A stretch of DNA of 64,000 nt from Selaginella moellendorffii (Eukaryota > Plantae > Lycopodiophyta), in contig NW_003314282.1 of NCBI RefSeq assembly GCF_000143415.4, positions 1,941,374 to 2,005,373 of the forward strand. The letters are read 5' to 3'. This document shows, one piece after another, positions 12,782-22,542 of the stretch (its first letter is position 1; each line of letters begins with the position of its first letter). The translations under genes and the position numbers were made by a program. The notes under the pieces were generated by a model. It was not told the DNA's origin, did not search any database, and saw only the letters and a list, made by a program, of their open reading frames with translations.

Positions 12782-13226
12782 ATGAGGATGATCCTAGAGG
12801 AAGCATTGCGCAAGCTGTTCATTCTGCATCTCTTGATCTCCGTTCTTCCGGCTTCCAGCGATTCAGGTAAGTTTCATTTGTTTTGGATCCTTTTCTTTCG
12901 TTTCTTCCTCACTCCATTTGTTTTCTTCCATTTGTGTAGACCGGCCCATGAGGAACATTGAGATCAGCCAGGTGGATACCGGCGATGTGCTCGAGTTCGA
13001 AGTGGTGATCATGAACGAGGGCGAGCGCAGTGTGTGCGGGATTCACGTCGATTGCGGCAAATTCGCGTCCTACAAGCTCGTCGATCCGGGGGTTTTCCAC
13101 CGCCTCTCGCCAGGTGATTGTCTCGTTCTGGATGGCGGACCTCTTGAACCGCGAAGGGAGGTTCGGTTCGTCTACATGAGCGATCGCAAGTTTCCCATGC
13201 ACCGCAGGGATGCCACCTTTTGCTAG
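12782..13226 (+). CDS. TAPETUM DETERMINANT 1 (TPD1)-like secreted cysteine-rich peptide, 2 exons, 123 aa
   Basis: Exon 1 (12782-12866) encodes a signal-peptide-like LFILHLLISVLPASS. Phase-1 GT-AG intron. Exon 2 (12940-13226): IEISQ..FEVVIMN..IHVDCGKFASYKLVDPGVFHRL..DCLVLDGGPL..VRFVY..C*, matching the TPD1 pattern CGxFxSxxLxxPxxFxR..DCLV..GxPL. Confidence 0.8.
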
Positions 13227-13299
13227 TCTGCGAGTAGCGGTTTGATTTCCATACTAAGCTCACATTTATGCACATTTGCTTTGGCCAAGCCTTCGGGCG

Positions 13300-14235
13300 C
13301 GATCACTGATCAAGGTCTACGAGTTCCCGAGTTCCTGCTTTCGCAGATTTCAATCTTTACGTGAACACTGCTGTTTTCCTTTGATTTTCTGGTTTGTGTA
13401 GTCCCAATCGAGGAAGGAATGCACGAGCATGGTAGTATCTCTGACGATGATTTGAGCCGTGACGAGGTACATTGATCAAGTTTTTATGTACATCTTCTAT
13501 GTTTCTCGATTGAACTGCAGTCTCCTTACTTTTGGTTGAGAGCCAGAAACAGAAGGGGACCTCAAGAAGAACTCAGCCCCCTTATAAGTAAGTTTGTTTG
13601 ATCTGTAATTCCTTGTCTGCTTTGTTGTGATGGAATTTTGCCATATCTCTCTAATGATACAACTTGTCTTCTCTTTTGCTTTTCCTCTGTCATTTTCAGT
13701 GTGGTCCTGACTCCTGACGACCCAATCAACGAAGAAATGGACAGTTTTGTGAAAGGTACACCGGTGCTAGACCTTGATCGCTGATCAAGGTCTACGAGTT
13801 CCTGAGTTCCTGCTTTCGCAGATTTCAATCTTTACGTGAACACTGCTGTTTTCCTTTGATTTTCTGGTTTGTGTAGTCCTGGCTCCTGACGATCCAATCG
13901 AGGAAGAAATGCACGAGCATGGTGGGATGGTGAAAGTATCTCTGACGATGATTCTAGCTGTGACGAGGTACATTGACCAATTTTATGTACATCTTCTATG
14001 CTTCTCAATTGAACTGCAGTCTCCTTACTTTTGGTTGAGAGCTAGAAGATCTCAGCCCCCTTATAAGTAAGTTTGTTTGATCTGTAATTCCTTGCCCGCT
14101 TTGTTGTGCTGGAATTTGCCATAATGACACAACTTGTTTTCTCTTTTGCTTTTCCTCTGTCGTTTTCAGTGTGGTCCTGACTCCTGACGATCCAATCGAC
14201 GAAGAAATTCACAGTTTTGTGAAAAATACACCGGT
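13300..14235 (+). repeat. Tandem direct repeat, two copies of about 470 bp containing exon/intron-like pieces
   Basis: GATC(A/G)CTGATCAAGGTCTACGAGTTCC.. starts at about 13301 and about 13776. Both units end ..CAGTTTTGTGAAA..ACACCGGTGCT. Confidence 0.85.
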
Positions 14236-15148
14236 GCTGTTGAATGGGTTTTTTGGTGGTTTTATAAGTTCCATAGCTAGCTCTCTTGATGCAGCAACTT
14301 ACTTTCTCTTTTTCTTTTCTTCTTTCGTTGACGACTTATGGAGTTCTGGGCAGCGCTTTTCTGGAAGCTCTAGACAGTCCAACTCTCAGCTCGATCAAGA
14401 AGCGAAAACAAACATGAAACCAGCTCTTTAACTTTCTCACGAAAATCTGTTCCATACTTTGTCTTCCAAGACCAAAACTATAGCGCTTTACAGATCCGTG
14501 TGCCAGAATTGCCCAGCAGGATTCTCACAAACGTGGAGTGGTACCTTGTCGTCACGAGTTTCCTAAATGGCCGTGCTCCCCCGCCACGAACGTTCTTAAC
14601 GCTCCGGGAATCATCAGACTTGCATTTTGCGGCCACAATCTAGTGGTTTAAGTTGTCAAAATAATCGTTTTTATTTTTCCTTTGTTTTCTTTCAGCTACA
14701 TGGCCAAAAATTCTTTGTGGAGCCAGAAGAATGAGGAGCTTAGAAAATTCTCAAATAAAAATCTGATTCGCATTGTTTGTTTGGATGAAACTTGCTTAAA
14801 TGAGCATTGTTTGCTTGCTTAAACTTTGCAGTGAAGGCGGCCAGAGAAAAAGAAACACCCACAAGCGGCCCTTGTCGCAAAAATGTGAGGAAGATAGTGT
14901 TGCCACCCCGGCTTTTCCAAGTAGTTCACGTCGGTGTAGAGCGCCAATGAAAACAACAATGTCGTTGCAACTACGTATCTATAATACCAACAGAATCAAA
15001 GACTAGAATGCTTTGCGGCACCAAACTAAAATCTTCCAGGAAACCTTCATGGAAACTGGAAAGGGTTTGGCTGGACGAAGATCCAACTCGATGAAAAAAC
15101 TCCGAAAGACTTACAAGCTCAGACCACTCTCACTTAAGATGCCCACTT

Positions 15149-15845
15149 TCACTTGCTGCTTGACGACATCATGTGGGAAATGCCGGTTTCTTTGGCTTTC
15201 TCAACCATGGTGTCCTGGAAAAACAATGGCATTAAAAGGGAGAAAAAGAAAGAACAGAGAAAAGGCTAGAGACAAGTTAATGCGTGCCTGAGCAGAAATG
15301 ACTCGAGCCACGGATTTTTTGCTCGACTCCTGTAGCTCTCCCGACAGCAGTACCTCGTCCAGGATATAATACGCCTGCATACACACACAAAAACGAAAAG
15401 AAAAAGAAAAATAAAAAACCACACCAAGTATTGACGTTGCTCTCAAAACTTAAAGTCGCTGGCTGACCTTGTGGAAATTAAAAACCAAGTCGAGCTCGCA
15501 AACCTGGATTCCAGAGCGAGAGAAAACAAACATATAAGTAAAGTCTATAGAAGAAGAAGCGAAAGAAAAAAAACGCTTACGTTGCCAAAGTAGCGGTCTA
15601 GAACTTCCACAAAGAGGTGTATGACTTCCAAGCAGTCGAGCTCGTTGTCGTCGGCATCAACGCACATACAAAAATACAAGCTCGCATATCTAGAACAAGA
15701 ACAAAACCTCAAGCGCGTAGAGAGAAAGGATTTGAGCTTCTTACCGCTTGTAGATGACTTTCAAATCCTTCCATTCAATGAAATTGCAAAGCCTGGTTCC
15801 TCTGGACAGAATGATGCTCGTGATTTCTCTGATCGCCTGCATTGG

Positions 15846-15881
<36 letters not shown>

Positions 15882-16055
15882 AAGAGGAAATCAGAGAAAA
15901 TGTAGGCGCTTACTTTAGGCCGATCTTTCCCTGGATAAGCAGTATACCATTTCTGGAGCCGCACTTTCCCTTGGCGGCTCACGAGGAACACGGCTTGGAT
16001 CTGCAAGAGCACAAAAGCGTCGCGATCGAATCGATAGGTCGATCGATCAAACCAT
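15149..16055 (-). CDS. AP1S: AP-1 adaptor complex subunit sigma (clathrin assembly small chain)
   Basis: ATG-only first coding exon, then [45 protein letters not shown] and [20 protein letters not shown]. Confidence 0.9.
15849..15878. repeat. (GA)n microsatellite in an AP-1 sigma intron
   Basis: About 15 GA units seen directly. Confidence 0.9.
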
Positions 16056-16188
16056 TCCCGGAGCCTTCCAAATCCCTTTTTAGGGCTCTTCGCATCGCTA
16101 GAAATTTCAAATTTAAAACGACCAGTGTGTGAGGAGTGTTTGTTCGCGAAAAACAAAGAAAACAAAGAAGAGAAAAATGTGGCGCTCT

Positions 16189-18176
16189 TCATTTCTTGGC
16201 TTTCTTGAGTGGTGGAGCTCCATCTTCATCGTCGTCGCCATCGTCGTCCTCTTCATCCTCACCTCCATCGGCTCCTTCGCCATCGTCCTCCACTCCACCG
16301 TCTTGATCGCTCTCTTCTTCTTCCTCGTCGAATCCAGGAGCACCATCAACACTGGCGATGGCATTGTTGTTTCTTGCAGCAGCAGCGGCAGCGGCAGCAG
16401 TAGGAGCAGCGTTTGATCCAACCCCCTGTTGCTGCTCGCCATCTTCCTCCTCTTCTTCTCCATCCTCCTCTTCCTCTTCCTCCTCCTCCTCGCCTTCTTC
16501 CTCCTCTTCGTTGCCACCATGGTCGGGATCATCGCTGTCACCTTCGTCTCCACCGCTCTCACCACCACCGTCCTCCTCCTCTTCCTCGTTTTCTACTTCA
16601 TCTTCGTCGCTCACTTTCTTTTTCGGAGTCCCGGCTCTCACAGCACCACCGGTGTTAGCCTCGCTGCCTCTGCCTCTTGCTGCTGTGAGGACCAGCGCTG
16701 ACAAATCCTCCCCATTCACAGTCTTCTCGGGATCTTGCAGTGCATTGTCTGCAACACTGGCTTTACATCGGCCATTCTACAAAAAAGCGTATATAAGTTC
16801 AGTCTTGTCAAGAATGTAGTCCCTACCGTTTTCTCTTCTACAAGACTAGATATGAGCTGCGGCATCCGTAGTACGCTAGCGTTTCTGGAGAAGCAAACAA
16901 ATCAGCGAGGGAGAAATTCACTTTAGAATAAAACTTTTCGTATACCTCAGGCAACCATCGCCTTGACCATTAAGCTCCTGTCAAACAAAAGAAATTACGT
17001 GTGAAAAAACTTGACAAAAAGAGAGAAATAAAAAGAGTACCGTTGCGAGAGCAGAACAAAAAGCTGTAATCTGCTCCAGGAACTGCTTATCACTCTCAAG
17101 TACTGCGGCTTTCTGCAATTCAGCATTTCTCCATCAGATGAAATCGCTGGATCAACGTATCAACGACCACAAAATGAGACGACAGAAAGAAAACGAAACT
17201 AAATGTAATTGCAAACACTGCAAGGAAACAGCAATAAACAAGAGCAAAGTTCGTACCTGTTCGAATTCTGGAGCAGCCAGGCATGCCGCTGCATATAAAG
17301 AAACATTGATACTGTCAGCGTCGTGGCAATTTTTCCAAAGAGAGTTCTCACATGTTAAAGGATTTTTGTCAAACAGATATCCGTACAACACCTTCAACAG
17401 CTCAATACCACGAGTTCCTCCTGCGAAGAAGTGAGAAGAATGATGTCAAACGAAAGCTTGAGCAGATTACCTTCTGAGATACTCTTGGCAAGCTGATGTA
17501 TCCTGTCGAGCACGCAACATCTGGATACACAAGCGAATGTTACGAAAACCATACATCAGACGAGAGCGAACTCGTACCTTGTGTCTCCATACACAAAGTA
17601 CTTGCTGGCCAAACAATCTAGGGGAGTGGCAATAGTGCCTTTGCTCTCAATCTGCACAGCATACGAGTTGTTAGAGATGCATAGAAGCTAGAAATTGAAA
17701 TAGGCTTACCAGAGAGCACAAAATCTTCGCAAAGAGATGAGTTTCAAACCTTCCAGCCTCCGTTCGGACAAGCTTCACGAGTATGTTAAGAGCCATCCTC
17801 TGCCAAAGTCGAGGATAAAACAACACGTCGTCAGTTCTCAAAGACTAGCCCATCAAAATCTTACCAACAGATCTCAAAGCTCTCTGGAATCCTAAGCTAA
17901 AACGGAAAAAGCACGACTACTAGAACTAGAAAGGAAAGAAATGCTTACTTGTGCCGCTGGAGGTACTCCTGACTTGTTCAGCAGCTCCAGCAAGCCATCC
18001 CTGGCTTTGCTCTTGGAACACTCAGCTGCACCATTTGCTGCCTCGTCCTTGTTCCATGGGGCTTTTGCCTCTGCAGTGCTTACGAACACTCCTGCTGCCT
18101 CATCAACACAGCCATTCTGTACGACTGTTGTCAAGCCAGCAGCCATTGCCAAAGTAGTCTCCCCCTCACTCAGCAT
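16189..18176 (-). CDS. Multi-exon protein with a NOC4 N-terminal-like region and a long D/E acidic tail ending in a basic NLS
   Basis: RMALNILVKLVRTEAGRFETHLFAKILCSL/IESKGTIATPLDCLASKYFVYGDTR resembles plant NOC4 N-terminal helices (from recall). About 130-aa acidic tail, C-terminal PPLKKAKK. The gene itself is well supported; the family call is tentative. Confidence 0.5.
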
Positions 18177-18788
18177 TTCTCCTCCTCCAACAGTAAAAGA
18201 AAAAAAAAAATTTTAAAGGACCGCTACCAGGAAACTAAAATCTCCACCTCCCTCACGAAAAACCAGCAGCTGAAGAGACAGAGCTCAGTTCCAAAACTCC
18301 ATGAGCACTTCCAAACCAGACTGAACCACCATCATCCAAAGCACATCCGCCCCTCCAAACAAAATCTACAGCCGCCGCCGACTCTCTCACTCTCTCTCCT
18401 TCAGTGGGATGCCATTCCACGGGAGAAATAGACGATGATCCAACGGCACTCAGCCATCCAGAACGCATATCCCCTGTATATCCTCCACATGTGACGGGTG
18501 GGCCTGTTGCCCGAGTCTGCTGTTTTGACTTGAACTTAAGCCACCTCCAAATCCCAAAGATAAGAAAACCACCCGTCCCTGCTTTCCTGCCCGGACATTA
18601 AATCTCGGCCTCGTAGGACTGTGTGCTGGATATTCTGCTGCAAACACCGCGTCTTTGTCTAACTTTGCCTTCCTGAAATCCTTCCACCCTCCACAAATGA
18701 GTAGAAAAAAAAGAAAAAAAAAAAAAAGTCCGCCCGAGAGAGCCTCCGAAATACCTGCGTAGTGTCCCAATCCTGTCCGACTGACTGA

Positions 18789-20255
18789 CTAGCCGTTCCT
18801 CGTTCCATCTACCACCATCTGACCCACGGATCGCACTGGACCTCCTCCAAATCCCATTGCTGTTTGATACTGCCCGACAAAGCCTGCCAAAGCGCTTCGC
18901 ACGCTCTCCCCGTAAACGTCTGGATCCCCGTCCACCACCGCCGGCTCCCGCTGCTCCAGCTCCTCCTCCACCTCGGGCATCGCCTCCCCGTTGTCGATGA
19001 GGAAGTTCTGGAGCACGCACGACGCCGCCACGATGAACGGCAGCAGCTCGATGCTGTCCACCCGCTGCGTCGTCTTGAGCAGCTGCCACTGCTCCTTGAG
19101 CATCCCGAAAGCTCGACGCAGCGGCCGCATTGCATGCCTGTGTGCCTTGTTGAAGAGAGCAGTCAGATCGAAGCTCGAGTCCTCGGGCTGGGAGTATGGA
19201 GTGATGAGCCACGGCTGCAAGTTGTAGGAGCGGTCTCCGAGAACGTAGCGAGGAATGAAAATGCCACCACCGAGGTCCAGCGGAGGTCCTTGGAGAAGTT
19301 CATGGCTCTCTCGAACTCGCGAGTAGAACCTCGTCTTGAGAAGGATGGCGGCGGGAGGGATGCATCCCGGCCAGCCCACTGAGATGTCGAGAAACCGCGA
19401 GCGAGAGTCCACCACCCCTTGCATCACGACGCTGTAGTTCCTGGTGTGATCGAAGTAGTCGATCCCCATTTCTCCCGGCGGCCTCTCCACGGCAAAGTTG
19501 GTGCAGCCAAGAGCTCCACAGCAGTGTGGCAATCCTACAGCGGCGAACTCGCCGGAGATGCTCGTCAATCTCTCGCTCGACGTCGGGAAATCGAACAGGT
19601 GGCCCAGCTTCTCCTCCAATCCCTTGCAAACGTCGTAGAAGGCCTTGGAGCAGCTGCCAGTGCTGATTCCAAACTTGCGAGCTACGACTTTGATGGTCGC
19701 GCCGTGAGCCAAGCGGTAGAGCGTCGCGGCCAGCTTTCGATCGGCGGGGATGTCAGCGGGCTCTTGTCTCTCGAGAACCGGGCCTAAAATCTCCAGCAGC
19801 CTCGCGAAACTGGCCCGAGACATCCGGAAGCTCGCCTTCCAGTGGACATCGTCACCGCTTTGGAAAACATCGTGAAACCGAGGAGGAGCGATCGTATCCC
19901 CCATCGCATGGACGGCCTTTCTCAGGCTCGACGAGGAAGAATGGAGCTGGTGATCATCGTCGCTGGCGATGGCCGGATCAGCAGCGGCGGCCGCGGCATC
20001 GCTCGCCGCCGTGAGCGAGAACATAGTCTGGAGCTTCGCGAGCGCGCTGCTGGTAGCCTGCATTGACGATTCCAGGGCGGCCGCAGCATTGCCGGGGAGA
20101 AGCACAAGCAAGCTGTGCTCATCCACGAATCGCTGGACAAGAACCACTGCCGTTGCCACTGCTGCTAGCACTACTGCTACCTCTTCGCGGCAGAGCTTGC
20201 CCTTGAGCCGTCGCGGGGCATCGCCAGAGCCATCGCCAGCGCCATCGCCGGCCAT
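18789..20255 (-). CDS. ALP1/HARBI1-like Harbinger transposase-derived protein, intronless
   Basis: FRMSRASFARL, KLAATLYRLAHG (HTH), CCGALGCTNF, YSVVMQGVVDSRSRFLDISVGWPG, VLGDRSYNLQPWLITPY, FNKAH..RRAFGMLKEQWQLL, ASCVLQNFL. No TIRs noticed. Confidence 0.85.
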   Translation of the reverse strand: MAGDGAGDGSGDAPRRLKGKLCREEVAVVLAAVATAVVLVQRFVDEHSLLVLLPGNAAAALESSMQATSSALAKLQTMFSLTAASDAAAAAADPAIASDDDHQLHSSSSSLRKAVHAMGDTIAPPRFHDVFQSGDDVHWKASFRMSRASFARLLEILGPVLERQEPADIPADRKLAATLYRLAHGATIKVVARKFGISTGSCSKAFYDVCKGLEEKLGHLFDFPTSSERLTSISGEFAAVGLPHCCGALGCTNFAVERPPGEMGIDYFDHTRNYSVVMQGVVDSRSRFLDISVGWPGCIPPAAILLKTRFYSRVRESHELLQGPPLDLGGGIFIPRYVLGDRSYNLQPWLITPYSQPEDSSFDLTALFNKAHRHAMRPLRRAFGMLKEQWQLLKTTQRVDSIELLPFIVAASCVLQNFLIDNGEAMPEVEEELEQREPAVVDGDPDVYGESVRSALAGFVGQYQTAMGFGGGPVRSVGQMVVDGTRNG

Positions 20256-20390
20256 CACTCCCTCCAGCCCTAAAATGTTTCTCTAAAAGGTTTTCTACAA
20301 ATCTATCTATCGCAAAACGAAACTTATTAACCTTGTCAAACAAAGAAGAAAGAGTGTGAGAGAGATAGCGAAGAAAAACCATACCGGCGA

Positions 20391-22436
20391 TCAGATCACT
20401 CCAAGGGAGAACAAGCTGCGCTGGTGGAGATCACAGACTTCGATCACTCGCGAGCTCGACGATTCACCGTAGCACTCGATGGTGTTGACGAAGTGATGCT
20501 TCTTGTCCAGCCCCGCCACCACGCAAATGGATCCGTCCACCACCGCCGCAGCACCGTGAGCTCTCGACCCAGCCAGTGGCTTGATCGTCTCCCACTTCCC
20601 AGCGCGAGGATCAAAGCGCTCCACACTCGCCAAGTAGTCGCAACCATCGTGGCCCCCGAGCACGTAGACTTTGTTGTTCCAGGCAGCCGACTGGAACCAC
20701 AGCCGCTTGGAGCTCATCGGCGGAAGGCTCCTCCAGATGCCCTCGCGTGGATCAAACCGCTCGGCCGAGTCGAGGTAGAGGTTCCCGTCTGTTCCACCGA
20801 AAGCGTAGATCGATCCCTCCACCACCACCGGAGAGAATGCGCCTCGTCTCTCCATCATTGGGACCGAAGCCATCCATCCCACCTCCTGATCGAATGACTC
20901 CGTCTCCGAGAGGAAGGCAGTGTCGTTTCTACCACCGAGAGCAAAGATCCTGCTTCCAACCACGGCTCCTCCGTGGTATGCGCGAGCTTTGACCATCGGC
21001 TTGCTCAACACACTCCAGACGTTTCCTTCCGGATCATACTGCTCGGTCGAGGTCACGTTGGTCTCTCCAATGGTGCCTCCAAACACGTAGATCTTCCCAC
21101 TCAAAACTCCGGCCGCGGAACACGATCGTGGTGCTAGCAGAGGCGCTGCCTGCCAGAGCTCGCCGCCACGCAGCACGAACTTGTCCACAGAGCGATCTTT
21201 CCCTTCGCCACTGGAGCCACCGATGAGATACAACGCCTGAAAGGTGGCCAAGCGCTTCACCGCCGCCACCTCGGCCTTGAGCTCTTGGAGTTGCCCCGAC
21301 AAGCTGATGCTCACGTTGGCAAGCTCCAAGTTCTTGGCTCGGACAGCATCCAGCTCCTTGAGACACTCCCCTTTCACTCTCAGCTCCTCCATCGTCTTGC
21401 CCAGCCGGATCTCGGTCTCACGCATCTCCGCCACAGCGTCGGAGCACAGCCGCAAGCTTTTATCCACCGCTTTCGCGACGGAAGGATCAAACTGCCCTCC
21501 GGAAGCTAGCATCAAGCTCCCCATGTCGGTAGGCATCGCGGCGCCAAAGATGATCTCTTGAGACGACGAGGAAGCCGAGACATTCTTGTCCTCGGGAGGA
21601 TCGACAACCTTGAGCTTCTCGAGGATACGATCCAGCACTGTCGAATTGTCCTCGGACTGGAGAGCCTCCTGGACCATGAGTTGTGCTGTAGGAACTGCCG
21701 GAACAATGTACTCTTGATCTGCATCACTGGAAGGTGGTGACGGCGCTCGAGGACCCGGAGGAGGAGGCGGCAAGTTCTCGGACTTCACAGCTGCTGGCGG
21801 TGGCGGTGGTGGCGGCGCCGCTTGAGGAAGAACAGCCGGAGGAGGAGCTGCTACCACTTGCTTCCACGCCGTGGGAGCTTTGTTGCTTGGCGGCGGAGGA
21901 AGAGGAGGAGGAGCCACCACAGGGCTCTTCGAAGAAGATGCTACCTTTCCCTTGGTGAAGAGTCCCACAAGCTCGTGCATTTGCTTCCTGGTAAGCTCGA
22001 ACATGAATCGCCCCGCGGAGACGTAGTTCTCCTTGATCACTCTCGAGAAAACCTTCTCCGGCAGTGGAGCGCACTGGATTTCCAGCCGGACACGAACCTG
22101 GCAGGGGTACTTCGTCGGCGCGCTACCGTTGGGGCTCCAAGCGTGAGGATCGATCGAGAGAGCGCCCTTGCCGGTGGCCGCGAAGACGCCGTGGAGCGAT
22201 CGATCGTCGTAGTTGAACAAGAAGAGGGGCATCCCTGCGTCGATGTGCTGGACGTAGGCGATGTGTGGCCGTGGCAGTCCGAAAAGATTCTTCCTCAGGC
22301 ACTCCTCCATCGTCTCGCCGTTGCAAACGAAGATCACCGCGCCAAGATCGCGCGGATGGAGGCCGCGGTGATGGAATGCTGCGCCATTCCATGTCGTATC
22401 GACGAGGACCGTGTGAGTGTGGCGACCGGCGCCCAT
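20391..22436 (-). CDS. DCD domain / Pro-rich linker / coiled-coil / Kelch-repeat protein, intronless
   Basis: GAVIFVCNGETMEECLRKNLFGLP..LFLFNYDDRSLHGVF (DCD), followed by repeated GG..W Kelch motifs (IYVFGG, IFALGG, IYAFGG, VYVLGG; RFDPREGIW). Confidence 0.9.
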   Translation of the reverse strand: MGAGRHTHTVLVDTTWNGAAFHHRGLHPRDLGAVIFVCNGETMEECLRKNLFGLPRPHIAYVQHIDAGMPLFLFNYDDRSLHGVFAATGKGALSIDPHAWSPNGSAPTKYPCQVRVRLEIQCAPLPEKVFSRVIKENYVSAGRFMFELTRKQMHELVGLFTKGKVASSSKSPVVAPPPLPPPPSNKAPTAWKQVVAAPPPAVLPQAAPPPPPPPAAVKSENLPPPPPGPRAPSPPSSDADQEYIVPAVPTAQLMVQEALQSEDNSTVLDRILEKLKVVDPPEDKNVSASSSSQEIIFGAAMPTDMGSLMLASGGQFDPSVAKAVDKSLRLCSDAVAEMRETEIRLGKTMEELRVKGECLKELDAVRAKNLELANVSISLSGQLQELKAEVAAVKRLATFQALYLIGGSSGEGKDRSVDKFVLRGGELWQAAPLLAPRSCSAAGVLSGKIYVFGGTIGETNVTSTEQYDPEGNVWSVLSKPMVKARAYHGGAVVGSRIFALGGRNDTAFLSETESFDQEVGWMASVPMMERRGAFSPVVVEGSIYAFGGTDGNLYLDSAERFDPREGIWRSLPPMSSKRLWFQSAAWNNKVYVLGGHDGCDYLASVERFDPRAGKWETIKPLAGSRAHGAAAVVDGSICVVAGLDKKHHFVNTIECYGESSSSRVIEVCDLHQRSLFSLGVI

Positions 22437-22542
22437 CCGTGCTCGATTGATCGATCCCTAGCACCTACATTTGCCTAGAATCCCTTACATTCGAAATATT
22501 TCAAACGTCTTTAGGGTTTATAAGGTTTTTGGATGTCGAGCG

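Noticed and set aside
13300-14235. Repeats as a CRISPR-like array
   Set aside because: Only two long units, no unique spacers, and a eukaryotic context.
16113-16819. Hydrophobic, Ser-rich and His/Pro-rich ORFs overlapping the acidic tail
   Set aside because: They are alternate-frame or antisense shadows of GAG/GAC codon runs.
16189-18176. ANP32-like call based on the acidic tail and NLS
   Set aside because: No LRR motifs in the upstream exons.
18789-22436. DCD-Kelch plus HARBI1-like pair as a two-ORF Harbinger transposon
   Set aside because: The partner is not Myb/SANT-like, no TIRs were seen, and catalytic residues are lost.
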